Shown piece by piece: positions 45,008-54,888 of a DNA stretch of 64,000 nucleotides. The stretch comes from Clostridia bacterium (GTDB lineage Bacteria > Bacillota > Clostridia > Oscillospirales > CAG-272). The position numbers and the translations under genes are program-made. The notes under the pieces are model-generated. The model was given only the letters and a program-made list of their open reading frames with translations, had not been told where the DNA came from and did no database searches. The stretch covers positions 13,489-77,488 of the forward strand of contig JAFVOQ010000020.1 in NCBI GenBank assembly GCA_017505785.1, given 5' to 3'. Numbering within the stretch: position 1 is the first letter of the stretch; every line of letters begins with the position of its first letter.

Positions 45008-47095
45008 ATGAAAAGAACGATTTATTGCGGGCTTGTGAGAGAAGCACACATCGGTACCGACCAGCGTGTTGCCGGTTGGGTTTTAAACAAGCGCGACATG
45101 GGTGGCGTTATCTTTATCGACCTGCGCGACCGCGAGGGCGTGGTGCAGGTGGTATTTGATGCTGCCAATCTCACGGCACAGGATTTTGCTGTGGCAGAGA
45201 GTCTGAAAAACCAGTCCGTGATTTCGGCACTGGGGGCTGTACGGTTGCGCGATGCCGAAACGGTAAACCCCCGTATTGCAACGGGCACGGTGGAGGTCAT
45301 GGCAACCTCGCTTGAGCTTTTGTCGCAATGCGATCAGCTCCCCTTCTCGCCCGAGGACAATCAAAATACGCGTGAGGATCTGCGCCTGAAGTATCGCTAT
45401 ATCGATCTGCGCCGCCCCTCCATGTATCACAATTTAAAGACCCGTGCCTTTATTCAGCGCACGGTAGAGCGGTATCTTGACGAGCACGGATTTTTATGTG
45501 TAGAAACGCCCATGCTCTGTAAATCCACGCCCGAGGGTGCGCGTGACTATCTTGTGCCCTCTCGCGTGCATCCCGGCAGCTTTTACGCGCTGCCCCAATC
45601 CCCCCAGATCTACAAGCAGCTCTTGATGGTGGGCGGTATTGACCGCTACTATCAGGTGGCACGGTGCTTCCGTGACGAGGATCTGCGTGCTGACCGTCAG
45701 CCTGAGTTTACGCAGGTGGATATGGAGATGTCCTTTGTCGAGCAGGAGGATGTGTTAGAGCATCTTGAGGGAATGTTTAAGGATCTGTTTTATAAGGTGA
45801 AGGGCATTGATATCAAGGAGCCGTTCCAGCGCATCACATGGCATGAGGCAATGGATAAATACGGCTCGGATAAGCCCGACCTGCGCTTTGATCTGCCCAT
45901 TGTTGACGTAACCGATCTTGCAGCTGCTTCTACCTTCTCGGTCTTTCATTCCGTCACCAAAGAGGGCGGTGTGGTGCGCGCCATTTGCGTGCCGGGTGCC
46001 GGCGAAAAATTTGCCCGTACCGATATTGAAAATCTCACGGAGGCGGCAATATCCTTTGGTGCAAAGGGCATGGCGTGGATCCTTTTGCGCGCCGACGGCA
46101 CGGTAAACTCCATTCTCCCCAAATACTTTACCGAGGAGGGCTTCAAGGCTCTGCTGGGTCGCCTTGGCGCGAAGGCGGGCGACTTTATCCTGTTTTCGGC
46201 AGACAAGCTTGCAACCGTTCGCAAGGTGCTGGGTGCTTTGCGCCTTAACGTTGCGGATATGCTGGGGCTTCGCCACAAGGACGAATACAAGTTCTTGTTT
46301 GTTACCGACTTTCCGCAGTTTGAATACTCCGAGGAGGAGGATCGCTTTGTGGCGACCCACCACCCCTTTACCATGCCCTATCCCGAGGATGTACAGTACC
46401 TCTTAACCGATAAGGCAAGAGTGCGCGCACAGGCGTATGACGTGGTATTAAACGGCGTGGAGCTTGGCTCGGGATCGGTGCGTATTCACAACCGTGACGT
46501 GCAAAAGGTGATGTTTGAGGCACTCGGCTTCTCAAACGAGGAGATCGAGGATCGCTTTGGCTTTATGGTGGGTGCGTTCCGCTACGGCACGCCCCCCCAC
46601 GCAGGCTTTGCCTTCGGTCTTGACCGCTTCGTGATGCTTATGGTGGGCGCAGATAGCCTAAGAGAGGTTATCGCATTCCCCAAGATCAAGGATGCCTCCT
46701 GTCCCATGACCGATGCACCCACCCCCGTTGATGCCTCGCAGCTTGAGGTGCTTGGCCTTGGTCAAGCACTTGAGGGGAGTGTTGGTGGCAAAACGGGTGC
46801 AAAAAAAGCAGCCCCTACCATTGACGTAGAAAGAATTGCAGACCTTGCCCGTCTTTCGCTTTCGAGTGAGGAAAAGGCACGCGTGGCAAGCGATATGGGC
46901 GCGATCATCGGCTTTGCCGATCAGCTTTCGGCAGTCGATACCGCAGGGGTCGCGGAGGCGACCTATGTGGTTGACCTTAAAAACGTGCTCCGCGAGGATG
47001 AGCCCGAAAACAATTTTGAACGCGAGGCACTGCTTGCCAATGCCAAAACCAAGGCACAGGGGTATGTCACTGTGCCCCGTGTTGTAGAAGGATAA
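45008..47095 (+). CDS. aspS: aspartate--tRNA ligase fused in frame to GatC
   Basis: ATG at 45008 after AAAGGAG, giving 695 aa. Residues ~1-590 form a bacterial-type AspRS (…FRDEDLRADRQPEFTQVDMEMSF…GSGSVRIH…GLDR…). After the linker GSVGGKTGAKKAAP, the last ~95 aa (TIDVERIADLARLSLSSEEKARV…VDLKNVLREDEP…GYVTVPRVVEG) are a full GatC. There is no stop and no in-frame ATG, GTG or TTG at the junction. Confidence 0.85.
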   Translation: MKRTIYCGLVREAHIGTDQRVAGWVLNKRDMGGVIFIDLRDREGVVQVVFDAANLTAQDFAVAESLKNQSVISALGAVRLRDAETVNPRIATGTVEVMATSLELLSQCDQLPFSPEDNQNTREDLRLKYRYIDLRRPSMYHNLKTRAFIQRTVERYLDEHGFLCVETPMLCKSTPEGARDYLVPSRVHPGSFYALPQSPQIYKQLLMVGGIDRYYQVARCFRDEDLRADRQPEFTQVDMEMSFVEQEDVLEHLEGMFKDLFYKVKGIDIKEPFQRITWHEAMDKYGSDKPDLRFDLPIVDVTDLAAASTFSVFHSVTKEGGVVRAICVPGAGEKFARTDIENLTEAAISFGAKGMAWILLRADGTVNSILPKYFTEEGFKALLGRLGAKAGDFILFSADKLATVRKVLGALRLNVADMLGLRHKDEYKFLFVTDFPQFEYSEEEDRFVATHHPFTMPYPEDVQYLLTDKARVRAQAYDVVLNGVELGSGSVRIHNRDVQKVMFEALGFSNEEIEDRFGFMVGAFRYGTPPHAGFAFGLDRFVMLMVGADSLREVIAFPKIKDASCPMTDAPTPVDASQLEVLGLGQALEGSVGGKTGAKKAAPTIDVERIADLARLSLSSEEKARVASDMGAIIGFADQLSAVDTAGVAEATYVVDLKNVLREDEPENNFEREALLANAKTKAQGYVTVPRVVEG

Positions 47096-47106
47096 GGAGG
47101 TAAACG

Positions 47107-48558
47107 ATGTCTGATTTGTTAAAAATGAATGTGTCGGAGCAAGCCCTTGCCCTTCGCGAGAAAAAGATCTCGTCAGCAGAGCTGACCAAGGCATATATTG
47201 CCTCAATTGAGGAAAACGAGCCCCGTGTGGGGGCATATATCTCGACTGACGCGCGCCGTGCGCTTGATATGGCAATTGCTGTTGATAAGCGCCGCGCCGC
47301 CGGCGAGGAGCTCTCGGCGCTGGCAGGCATCCCCATGGGCGTGAAGGATAATATCTGCACCAAGGGTGTTGCTACCACCTGTGCTTCCAAAATGCTTGCC
47401 GATTACGTGCCGCCCTACAACGCGCACGTGGTGGAAAACCTTGAAAAAGCAGGCTTTGTTATGCTTGGCAAGCTCAATATGGATGAGTTTGCCATGGGGT
47501 CTACCACTGAGAACTCGGCGATGAAGATCACCCACAATCCCCTTGACCTCTCGCGCGTGCCGGGTGGTAGCTCGGGCGGCTCTGCCGCCGCTGTTGCCGC
47601 AAACGAGGCGGCGTATACGCTGGGGTCTGATACGGGCGGCTCGATCCGCCAGCCTGCCGCATTTTGCGGCGTGGTGGGCATGAAGCCTACCTACGGTACA
47701 GTTTCCCGTTACGGTCTTGTGGCGTTTGCCTCGTCGCTTGATCAGATCGGCCCGCTGACCAAGACCGTGCGTGATAATGCTATGGTGCTGAATGTGATCG
47801 CAGGACATGATAAGCGCGATGCTACCTCTGTTGACCGCGTATACGGTGATTTCACAGCCGAGATCGGCCGCGGCGTGGCAGGACTTACGATCGGTATCCC
47901 GAAGGAGTTTTTTGGGGAGGGTATTTCTCCCGACGTGAAGGAAGCCGTACTGAATGCCGCTAAACGGTATGAAAAAATGGGCGCAAGGCTGCTTGAGGTG
48001 TCAATGCCCGCGATCGACCACGCACTGGCGGCGTATTACGTGATCTCCAGTGCCGAGGCATCCTCTAACCTTGCTCGCTTTGACGGTGTGCGATACGGCT
48101 ACCGTACCGAGGAATTTTCTGACATTGCGGAGCTTTATAAAAAGAGCCGTTCCGAGGGCTTTGGCGCAGAGGTCAAGCGCCGCATTATGCTGGGCACCTT
48201 TGCCCTCTCCTCGGGCTATTACGATGCTTACTATAAAAAGGCGTTGCAGGTGCGTGCCCTTGTGCGTGCCGATTATGACCGCGTGCTTGAAAAATGCGAC
48301 GTGATCCTCTCGCCCGTAGCACCCACCGTGGCGTATAAGCTCGGTGAAAAGAGCCAAAATCCGCTGGAAATGTATATGGGCGATGCGTACAGCGTACCCG
48401 TTAACGTGGCGGGTATTCCCGCCCTCTCACTCCCGTGCGGCGTGGGCGAGGGCAATATGCCCGTAGGGCTTCAGCTCATGGGCAAGCCCTTCAGCGAGGC
48501 ACTGCTTTACCGTGTTGGCGCGGCACTTGAAGACGATATGGGAGGTGCAAGAGTATGA
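47107..48558 (+). CDS. gatA: Asp-tRNA(Asn)/Glu-tRNA(Gln) amidotransferase subunit A
   Basis: 483 aa with the amidase signature GGSSGGSAAAVA…GSDTGGSIRQPA. Confidence 0.95.
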   Translation: MSDLLKMNVSEQALALREKKISSAELTKAYIASIEENEPRVGAYISTDARRALDMAIAVDKRRAAGEELSALAGIPMGVKDNICTKGVATTCASKMLADYVPPYNAHVVENLEKAGFVMLGKLNMDEFAMGSTTENSAMKITHNPLDLSRVPGGSSGGSAAAVAANEAAYTLGSDTGGSIRQPAAFCGVVGMKPTYGTVSRYGLVAFASSLDQIGPLTKTVRDNAMVLNVIAGHDKRDATSVDRVYGDFTAEIGRGVAGLTIGIPKEFFGEGISPDVKEAVLNAAKRYEKMGARLLEVSMPAIDHALAAYYVISSAEASSNLARFDGVRYGYRTEEFSDIAELYKKSRSEGFGAEVKRRIMLGTFALSSGYYDAYYKKALQVRALVRADYDRVLEKCDVILSPVAPTVAYKLGEKSQNPLEMYMGDAYSVPVNVAGIPALSLPCGVGEGNMPVGLQLMGKPFSEALLYRVGAALEDDMGGARV

Positions 48559-49988
48559 CGCTTTATAAAGGCTATGAAATGGTGATCGGTCTTGAGGTGC
48601 ACGTAGAGCTCAAAACCAAAACCAAGATCTTTTGCTCCTGTCCCACGACCTTTGGGGCCCTGCCCAATACCCAGTGCTGTCCCGTGTGCATGGGCTATCC
48701 CGGCACGCTGCCCGTGCTGAACAAAAAAGTGGTGGAGTATGCCGTAAAGGCAGGCCTTGCCACCAATTGTAAAATTGCCAACTATTCCAAGGAGGATAGA
48801 AAAAATTATTTCTATCCCGATCTGCCGAAGGCTTATCAGATCTCGCAGTACGACCTGCCGCTTTGCGAGCATGGCTGGCTTGATGTGGAAACCGAGGCGG
48901 GTGCCAAGCGTATTGGCATTACGCGTATTCACATTGAGGAGGATGCAGGCAAGCTGGTGCACGACGACACGCACGGCACCATGATCGACTGCAACCGCTG
49001 CGGTGTGCCCCTCATTGAGATCGTTTCCGAGCCCGATATCCGTTCTGCCGAGGAGGCAAAGGCGTATCTTCAGAAGCTGCGTGCGATCATTCTTTACACG
49101 GGCGTTTCCGACTGTAAGATGCAGGAGGGGTCCCTTAGATGTGACGTCAACCTGTCGGTTCGAAAAGCAGGCGAGGAGAAGTTTGGCACGCGCACCGAGA
49201 TGAAGAACCTCAACTCCTTCCAGTTTATCGTCAAAGCGATCGAGTATGAGTATAAGCGTCAGGTAGATGCCATTGAAGCAGGAGAGGCTATTGTGCAGGA
49301 AACGCGCCGCTTTGACCCTGCCACGGGCAAGACCTACACGATGCGCTCTAAGGAAAATGCAAACGATTATCGCTATTTCCCCGATCCCGACCTGCCCCCC
49401 ATTGAGCTTTCCGATGCCGCGATCAAGGCACTTGGCAATGAGATCCCCGAGCTGCCCGATGCGCGCAAAGCCGCGTATATGCAAAAATACGGCCTTACTG
49501 CCTATGACGGTGAGGTTTTGACCTCCGATAAGGCAATGGCAGATTACTTTGAGGCGGCGGCCGCCACCACAAAGCACCCCAAGCTTGCGGCAAATCTCCT
49601 GATTTCCGAGTTTATGCGCCTGATTGAAACGGAGAGCTTTTCCTGCCCCGTGTCGGCAGAAAACCTCGGCGAGCTTGCCACGCTCGTTGGCGATGACGTG
49701 ATCAACAGCTCCACCGCCAAGAAACTCATTAAGGAAATGTTTGAAACCAACGCTTCCCCGAAGGCTCTGGTGGAGGAAAGAGGACTTGCACAGATCAACG
49801 ATGAGGTGCTGCTCGGCCAGCTTGTAGCCGAGGCAGTAGCCGCTAACCCCAAGTCGGTTGCCGACTACAAAAAGGGCAAGCTTGCCGCCGCCAAGGCGAT
49901 CGTTGGTAACGTCATGGGCAAGACTGCAGGCAAGGGTAACCCCGTCATTATCAACCGCTTGCTTGAGGAAGAGCTCAAAAAGTATTAA
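48555..49988 (+). CDS. gatB: Asp-tRNA(Asn)/Glu-tRNA(Gln) amidotransferase subunit B
   Basis: 477 aa with GLEVHVELKTKTKIFC… and a C-terminal YqeY-like tail. Its start overlaps the gatA stop. Confidence 0.95.
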   Translation: MTLYKGYEMVIGLEVHVELKTKTKIFCSCPTTFGALPNTQCCPVCMGYPGTLPVLNKKVVEYAVKAGLATNCKIANYSKEDRKNYFYPDLPKAYQISQYDLPLCEHGWLDVETEAGAKRIGITRIHIEEDAGKLVHDDTHGTMIDCNRCGVPLIEIVSEPDIRSAEEAKAYLQKLRAIILYTGVSDCKMQEGSLRCDVNLSVRKAGEEKFGTRTEMKNLNSFQFIVKAIEYEYKRQVDAIEAGEAIVQETRRFDPATGKTYTMRSKENANDYRYFPDPDLPPIELSDAAIKALGNEIPELPDARKAAYMQKYGLTAYDGEVLTSDKAMADYFEAAAATTKHPKLAANLLISEFMRLIETESFSCPVSAENLGELATLVGDDVINSSTAKKLIKEMFETNASPKALVEERGLAQINDEVLLGQLVAEAVAANPKSVADYKKGKLAAAKAIVGNVMGKTAGKGNPVIINRLLEEELKKY

Positions 49989-50012
49989 GATTTTCTTTTG
50001 CAAAACAAATAA

Positions 50013-50050
50013 GGGGCTACTCCGATTTGGTTGGAGTAGCCCCTTTTATC
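50013..50050. terminator. intrinsic terminator after gatB
   Basis: GGGGCTACTCC-gatttggtt-GGAGTAGCCCC followed by TTTTAT. Confidence 0.8.
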
Positions 50051-50081
50051 TTGCATTTTCTTTTGGCTTCATATTTGTTGC

Positions 50082-50636
50082 CTAAATTTCTGTAAAGGTT
50101 ACAGTAGATATGTCCATTTTTTTCATTTTGACCACCATGCATCTATGCCATGGCCTTACCGCATCCTTTCTGTCATCCCAAGGCTTTTTATCTGACTTGA
50201 AATATACAGTTGCCATGTCACCTTCTACCTCGATTTTTTTTATGCTATAGTTTCTGGTAGAGGGAACGCCATCGATGAACATATATAGCACGATCATTTC
50301 TTCGTTAAAATTGACTTCAATGGGATTTGCGGTAAATATTTCTTCAAAGGTTTCTTCATCGGTGATCAGAAAAGTTCTGTTAGAAGGCAAGGTTAGATCT
50401 TGAAAATACACAGGATTTTCAGGGGTTGGGCCCTCGTTTTCATCATAATTTGGGTTATCATACATAGCTCTGAGTTTTTTGCTCTCAAGAAATGCCGGAT
50501 CGATCCATTCGTTACAGTAGCTATACATTTTTGCTCGATACCGTAACGGCGAGTAGGTCAGCAAAACAGTTGTGAGCAGGGTTGCCGCAATCAAAACCAA
50601 TATGATGCCAAATACCAATATTCTTTTCAGCTTCAT
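50082..50636 (-). CDS. hypothetical membrane-anchored protein
   Basis: 184 aa with a single N-terminal TM helix, AT-richer codon usage and an AAGGAG RBS. I recognise no family. Confidence 0.65.
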   Translation of the reverse strand: MKLKRILVFGIILVLIAATLLTTVLLTYSPLRYRAKMYSYCNEWIDPAFLESKKLRAMYDNPNYDENEGPTPENPVYFQDLTLPSNRTFLITDEETFEEIFTANPIEVNFNEEMIVLYMFIDGVPSTRNYSIKKIEVEGDMATVYFKSDKKPWDDRKDAVRPWHRCMVVKMKKMDISTVTFTEI

Positions 50637-51085
50637 AAGATACTCCTTTCACAAAACCGCATTATTTTTTCATTGCACATCGGATATCCCCTCATTTCAT
50701 AACAAAAATAGCGCACAGTACGGGTGACAGTGACCCGCTTCCTGCGCGCTTTTATCATTCATTTTACAAGGACTTTTGCGTAATATACGGTGCAGACGGC
50801 TTGACAAAACGGTGAAAATCGCGAACATTTCGGATGAGGGTGGTGTCATCACTGCCGTGTGTCTATAGCATAGCAAATTTTACCAAATTTGTCAATGACC
50901 TGAATTAATAAAATGAGAAAGAAGGTTGTATCGCCCTTTAAATAGGGCATGGTTTGGAATCTATACTGTAAAATGTTAACGGTGTGCTCTTTTTGCTTTA
51001 AATCACATGTTTAGTCGCTTGCTATTGACAAATTTCCCAAAAAGCGGTATGATAAAATCAAATAAACAGTAAGGAGAGCCTTTAT

Positions 51086-51928
51086 ATGATCCCGATACAA
51101 AGCAACATTCAAAAACTGCAAAGTGAAGCCAAATATAAATCTGCGCGTATGTCGCTTTTGGCTATCGTTCTTTTTTCGCTTGTAAACATTTTTTCAATCA
51201 CCTTTGCCGAGTCTTATTTCCTGTTTTCTTCTTACGTCACGCAGCTTATTTCCGCCACCGGCGCGATGTTTTACTATGAAACCGGTGAAACACTGTTTGT
51301 AGTGGTTTCCATTATCTTGGCTGTGATAAGTGTGGTGCCCTATCTTTTGTTCTGGATCTTTTCTAAAAATCATCCGGGGTGCATGATAGGGGCACTGGTG
51401 CTCTTTTCTGTTGATTCCTTCATTTTTCTGATTGATTTTATTGTTTTCCTGCTTTCGGGCGATTTTTCCTTTATTATTGATCTGGTATTTCGCGTATGGG
51501 CGTTGGCATCTCTTATTATCGCTGTCAAATATGGCTTTCAGGCAAAAAAGCTGGCAAACAGTGTTCCGCCTGTATCGCCCACAGATTTTTATGCAAATGA
51601 CGCGGCATTTGAGCAGAATGAAAATGCCATGATCTCCCGTCAGATCACGCTGGTACGTCCGAAGCGTTTTGCCGGCATGGCGGTGCAATTTTCTTGCTTG
51701 GCAGATGGACAGCAGATCGGGCAATTGGCAAACGGAAAGTCGCTCACGTTTACGCTTGACGGCAATGCACACGAGTTGATCGTACAGCTACCCAACGGCG
51801 TGGCAATGTGTGGCATAAGTGTGCCTGCCGGCGCGGAGCGCAGAGCATATGAGGTGCATCTTAAGATGACCCTGTTTTCTACAACCCTTACCGCTGTTGA
51901 AACGGCTGTTCCTCTTGTTCCACAATAA
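51086..51928 (+). CDS. hypothetical membrane protein (4 TM plus a C-terminal soluble domain)
   Basis: 280 aa with an AAGGAG RBS and a TTGACA-N17-TATGAT promoter about 40 nt upstream. I recognise no family. Confidence 0.65.
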   Translation: MIPIQSNIQKLQSEAKYKSARMSLLAIVLFSLVNIFSITFAESYFLFSSYVTQLISATGAMFYYETGETLFVVVSIILAVISVVPYLLFWIFSKNHPGCMIGALVLFSVDSFIFLIDFIVFLLSGDFSFIIDLVFRVWALASLIIAVKYGFQAKKLANSVPPVSPTDFYANDAAFEQNENAMISRQITLVRPKRFAGMAVQFSCLADGQQIGQLANGKSLTFTLDGNAHELIVQLPNGVAMCGISVPAGAERRAYEVHLKMTLFSTTLTAVETAVPLVPQ

Positions 51929-51943
51929 AATAAAAATAAATAA

Positions 51944-51990
51944 GAGCCAAGGCGTTAGTTTTTAGCTAACGCCTTGGCTCTGCTTTTTTG
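51944..51990. terminator. intrinsic terminator
   Basis: GAGCCAAGGCGTTAG…CTAACGCCTTGGCTC forms a 15-bp stem followed by TGCTTTTTT. Confidence 0.8.
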
Positions 51991-52043
51991 TGAGGAATAT
52001 GTGTGCATCAGAGAAAAGCTGTGATACAAAAAATTCTGTGTGA

Positions 52044-54044
52044 TCAAATGCGGCGCACGCTGCCTTTGGGCGGTGTGCCGTTTTGGTAATCGGAAATGAC
52101 CCTTTTTACCTCACTTGCCGTTTCCACGGTAAAGATAAAGTGACCGCCCGTGATGCCTGCCACAGCAAGCTCGCGGCGCTTGTCCGCCATGTAGGTGGGA
52201 CGGCTGTTGACCACGATGCTGCGGTGGGGATAGAGCTGCAATACGGGGAATTTCTCGTCACGTCTGTCGACAAGTGCGTTTTCTCCTCGCTGGCAGGCGG
52301 CACAGCTGCCAACCTCCTTGCCGGCGCACTTTTCCAAGGTCATCAGCGGCACACGCCCGTAAACAATGGCATCGGCGTGACCCTTAAGATCCCTGATCTG
52401 CGGCAAGGTGAGCTCGGGGGAGAGCAGAACGTCTGCAAATCCAAGGGATAGCAGAAAGGAAAGAGATTCACTGTTTGTCACGTTCAGCCGAAAATCGCCG
52501 TGGGGGATAAGCCCCGCCTCACGCGCGAGCGAAAGGTGCCCCACGTTCCCTACAAGCGCGTGCTTTGCGCCCTGTTTTGCGGCGTTTTTCAGCATGGATG
52601 CTACCCTTTCGCGCTCGCTGTCAAAGATAACGGCGGGCAGCACCACACCGTCGGCTGCGGGGGCGTAACGGTCAAGGGGCAAGTAAATGTGCTCAAAATA
52701 GTTTTTTGCTTCGGTGGGGATCTCTCTTGCGTCTTCAAAGCGCGCGGTGGGCGTTTGGGGGCGCAGTCCCTCCTGTTTGGTTGGAACATAGCGCGGTATA
52801 TCAATCACGGCGCGACCGTTGGCGTCAAGCGCATCGAGCGCGGCGCGGCGCAAGGCGTTTAGCTTTGAGATCGGCACCATTAAGCCGCCGTCCATGGTAA
52901 CGGAAAGGCTTTCTGCCACGTAGGGCGTGCCGCCAAGCCGCGTGAGCTTTTCCTTAACCGCTTCCTCACTTAGAGGCGCGGTGTTGGCGACAAAGGGAAT
53001 ATCCCCCGTAACGGTAACGGTTTTCTCGCCTCTTGTAACGGTTAGCGAAAGGGGAGTATCCTTTTTCATGGCAAAGCGCATGGTAAGGGGCACGCGGCGG
53101 GTAAGCTCGGTAAATGGTGCGGTGGCGCGGCTCTGCTCCTTGTTTTCCTCGGAGCGCACGCCAAGCATATCTTGCCCCACATGATCGGTAAAATAAGCAT
53201 CTGTAAAGCCGCCGCGTGAAAAAATGGCGGCAAGCTCCTTCATTTCGGCATCTGTTGCGGCGCGACGCTCATCCAGCAGACGGCGCCAAATTCTCACCAC
53301 GTCACGCACGTATTCGGGGGATTTCAGGCGTCCCTCTATTTTGAGGGAATGTACGCCCATTTGGAGGAGGGTCGGCACGTGACGGGCAAGGGAAAGATCC
53401 TTGAGAGAAAGCGGATATCTGCCGCTTTTGTCGGGCAGGCGGCAGGGCTGTGCGCACTCGCCGCGGTTGCCGCTGCGCCCCCCCACAAGGGAGGAAAAGA
53501 GGCACTGACCCGAATGGGATACGCACAGTGCGCCGTGCACAAACACCTCGGTTTCCATGCCGCAATCTTTTACAAAGGTGCGCATATTTTCAGCACTCGC
53601 CTCGCGCGCGAGAACCATGCGCGAAAAGCCGAGGGCGGCAAGCTCACGTGCGGCGTGGATGCTGTGGCCCGATGCCTGCGTTGATGCGTGGAGCTCCATG
53701 TCGGGCATGGCGCGGTGTATGGCGGCGGCACCGCCGAGGTCGGCAACGATCAGGGCGTCAGCCCCTGCATTTCGCGCCATTGCAGCCGCCTCCAAAAATG
53801 CGGGCAGCTCGCGGTCGGTCAGTAGCGTGTTGAGTGTGATATAGGCACGAACGCCAAAGGCGTGGCAGAGCGCAATGCTCTCGCGCATGGTGTCTGCCGT
53901 AAAATTCTCGGCGCGCATGCGCGCATGAAAGGAGGGACCGCCGAAATAAACGGCATCTGCCCCCGCCTCAATGGCGGCACGCAGTGCTTTCGGGGTCCCT
54001 GCGGGGGCGAGAAGCTCGGGTAATTTTTTCTCACTCATGATCAA
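52044..54044 (-). CDS. U32-family peptidase-like protein
   Basis: 666 aa beginning ELLAPAGTPKALRAAIEAGADAVYFGG, with a Cys-rich segment. The usual Firmicutes ZapA-U32 pairing is present. Confidence 0.85.
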   Translation of the reverse strand: MIMSEKKLPELLAPAGTPKALRAAIEAGADAVYFGGPSFHARMRAENFTADTMRESIALCHAFGVRAYITLNTLLTDRELPAFLEAAAMARNAGADALIVADLGGAAAIHRAMPDMELHASTQASGHSIHAARELAALGFSRMVLAREASAENMRTFVKDCGMETEVFVHGALCVSHSGQCLFSSLVGGRSGNRGECAQPCRLPDKSGRYPLSLKDLSLARHVPTLLQMGVHSLKIEGRLKSPEYVRDVVRIWRRLLDERRAATDAEMKELAAIFSRGGFTDAYFTDHVGQDMLGVRSEENKEQSRATAPFTELTRRVPLTMRFAMKKDTPLSLTVTRGEKTVTVTGDIPFVANTAPLSEEAVKEKLTRLGGTPYVAESLSVTMDGGLMVPISKLNALRRAALDALDANGRAVIDIPRYVPTKQEGLRPQTPTARFEDAREIPTEAKNYFEHIYLPLDRYAPAADGVVLPAVIFDSERERVASMLKNAAKQGAKHALVGNVGHLSLAREAGLIPHGDFRLNVTNSESLSFLLSLGFADVLLSPELTLPQIRDLKGHADAIVYGRVPLMTLEKCAGKEVGSCAACQRGENALVDRRDEKFPVLQLYPHRSIVVNSRPTYMADKRRELAVAGITGGHFIFTVETASEVKRVISDYQNGTPPKGSVRRI

Positions 54045-54775
54045 AGGGTGCCGGGCGTGTCGTCAAAATCAAGCACGTCGGAGATGTTTGCGGGCATGTC
54101 GCGGTCGGCAGTGGCATCCAGCACGGGGGCTGTCGGGCGGCCGCCCTTGGGCGCAGTGTTGAGGATATCGTCAAGATCCATTTGCTCGTATTTGCGTGTG
54201 ACCTGCTGCTCGGTGGGGGTCACCTCAATGGCAGGCTCCTCCTCGTAGGTAGAATAGCTGGCAGACGGTGCGCGCGTTTCCACGCACATGGAGGCAAGGC
54301 GTTCACGGAGCTCGCGCACCTCGGTGAGGATCGAGAGCACCTGGTCGTGCATGCGGTCAGCGCGTGCGTTTGCCTCGCCGTTTTGGCGTACCAGCTTGGC
54401 GTTTAACTGAAAGAGCGTCGCGTTATCCTGTAGCAACGCATCATATTCGCCGCGGCTGACCTGTAGCTGTGCGCGCAGTGTTTCGTTTTCGCCGCGCAAA
54501 AGATTTGCCTCGTATGTATCGCCTGTGGGATCTGCCTCACTGACATAATTTTCAAGCTCCTGTACGCGCTCCTTTAAATGCATGCAGCGTGTGCTGTAAT
54601 CAAGGGCGGAGAGCAGGGCAGCCTCGGTCTTGGTGCAGGAATGACCTGCGGTGGAGGTAAGCATGCGAATTTGGGCATCAAGCTCACTAACAGCGGCGTC
54701 AACGGTCTCACCCGTTTCGTCGCAAATGATGTTCATCGGTATATCGGCAACGGTAATGGAAAATTTTTGTCTCAT
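54041..54775 (-). CDS. zapA: ZapA-domain cell-division protein with a coiled-coil extension
   Basis: 244 aa. The N-terminal ~90 aa are ZapA-like (FSITVADIPMNIICDE…) and are followed by heptad-rich sequence. It overlaps the U32 gene by 4 nt. Confidence 0.65.
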   Translation of the reverse strand: MRQKFSITVADIPMNIICDETGETVDAAVSELDAQIRMLTSTAGHSCTKTEAALLSALDYSTRCMHLKERVQELENYVSEADPTGDTYEANLLRGENETLRAQLQVSRGEYDALLQDNATLFQLNAKLVRQNGEANARADRMHDQVLSILTEVRELRERLASMCVETRAPSASYSTYEEEPAIEVTPTEQQVTRKYEQMDLDDILNTAPKGGRPTAPVLDATADRDMPANISDVLDFDDTPGTL

Positions 54776-54888
54776 AGCGGCCTCCTTTTTTTGAAACCTC
54801 TTGCGAAAAGAGAAAATTTAGAGTATAATCTTATTATAATACAATTCAATCGAATTTTCAAATACTTTTTGCAAGGAATACGAAAAAA

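Noticed and set aside
48507-50003. 498-aa minus-strand ORF opposite gatB
   Set aside because: It is an antisense shadow of a complete gatB.
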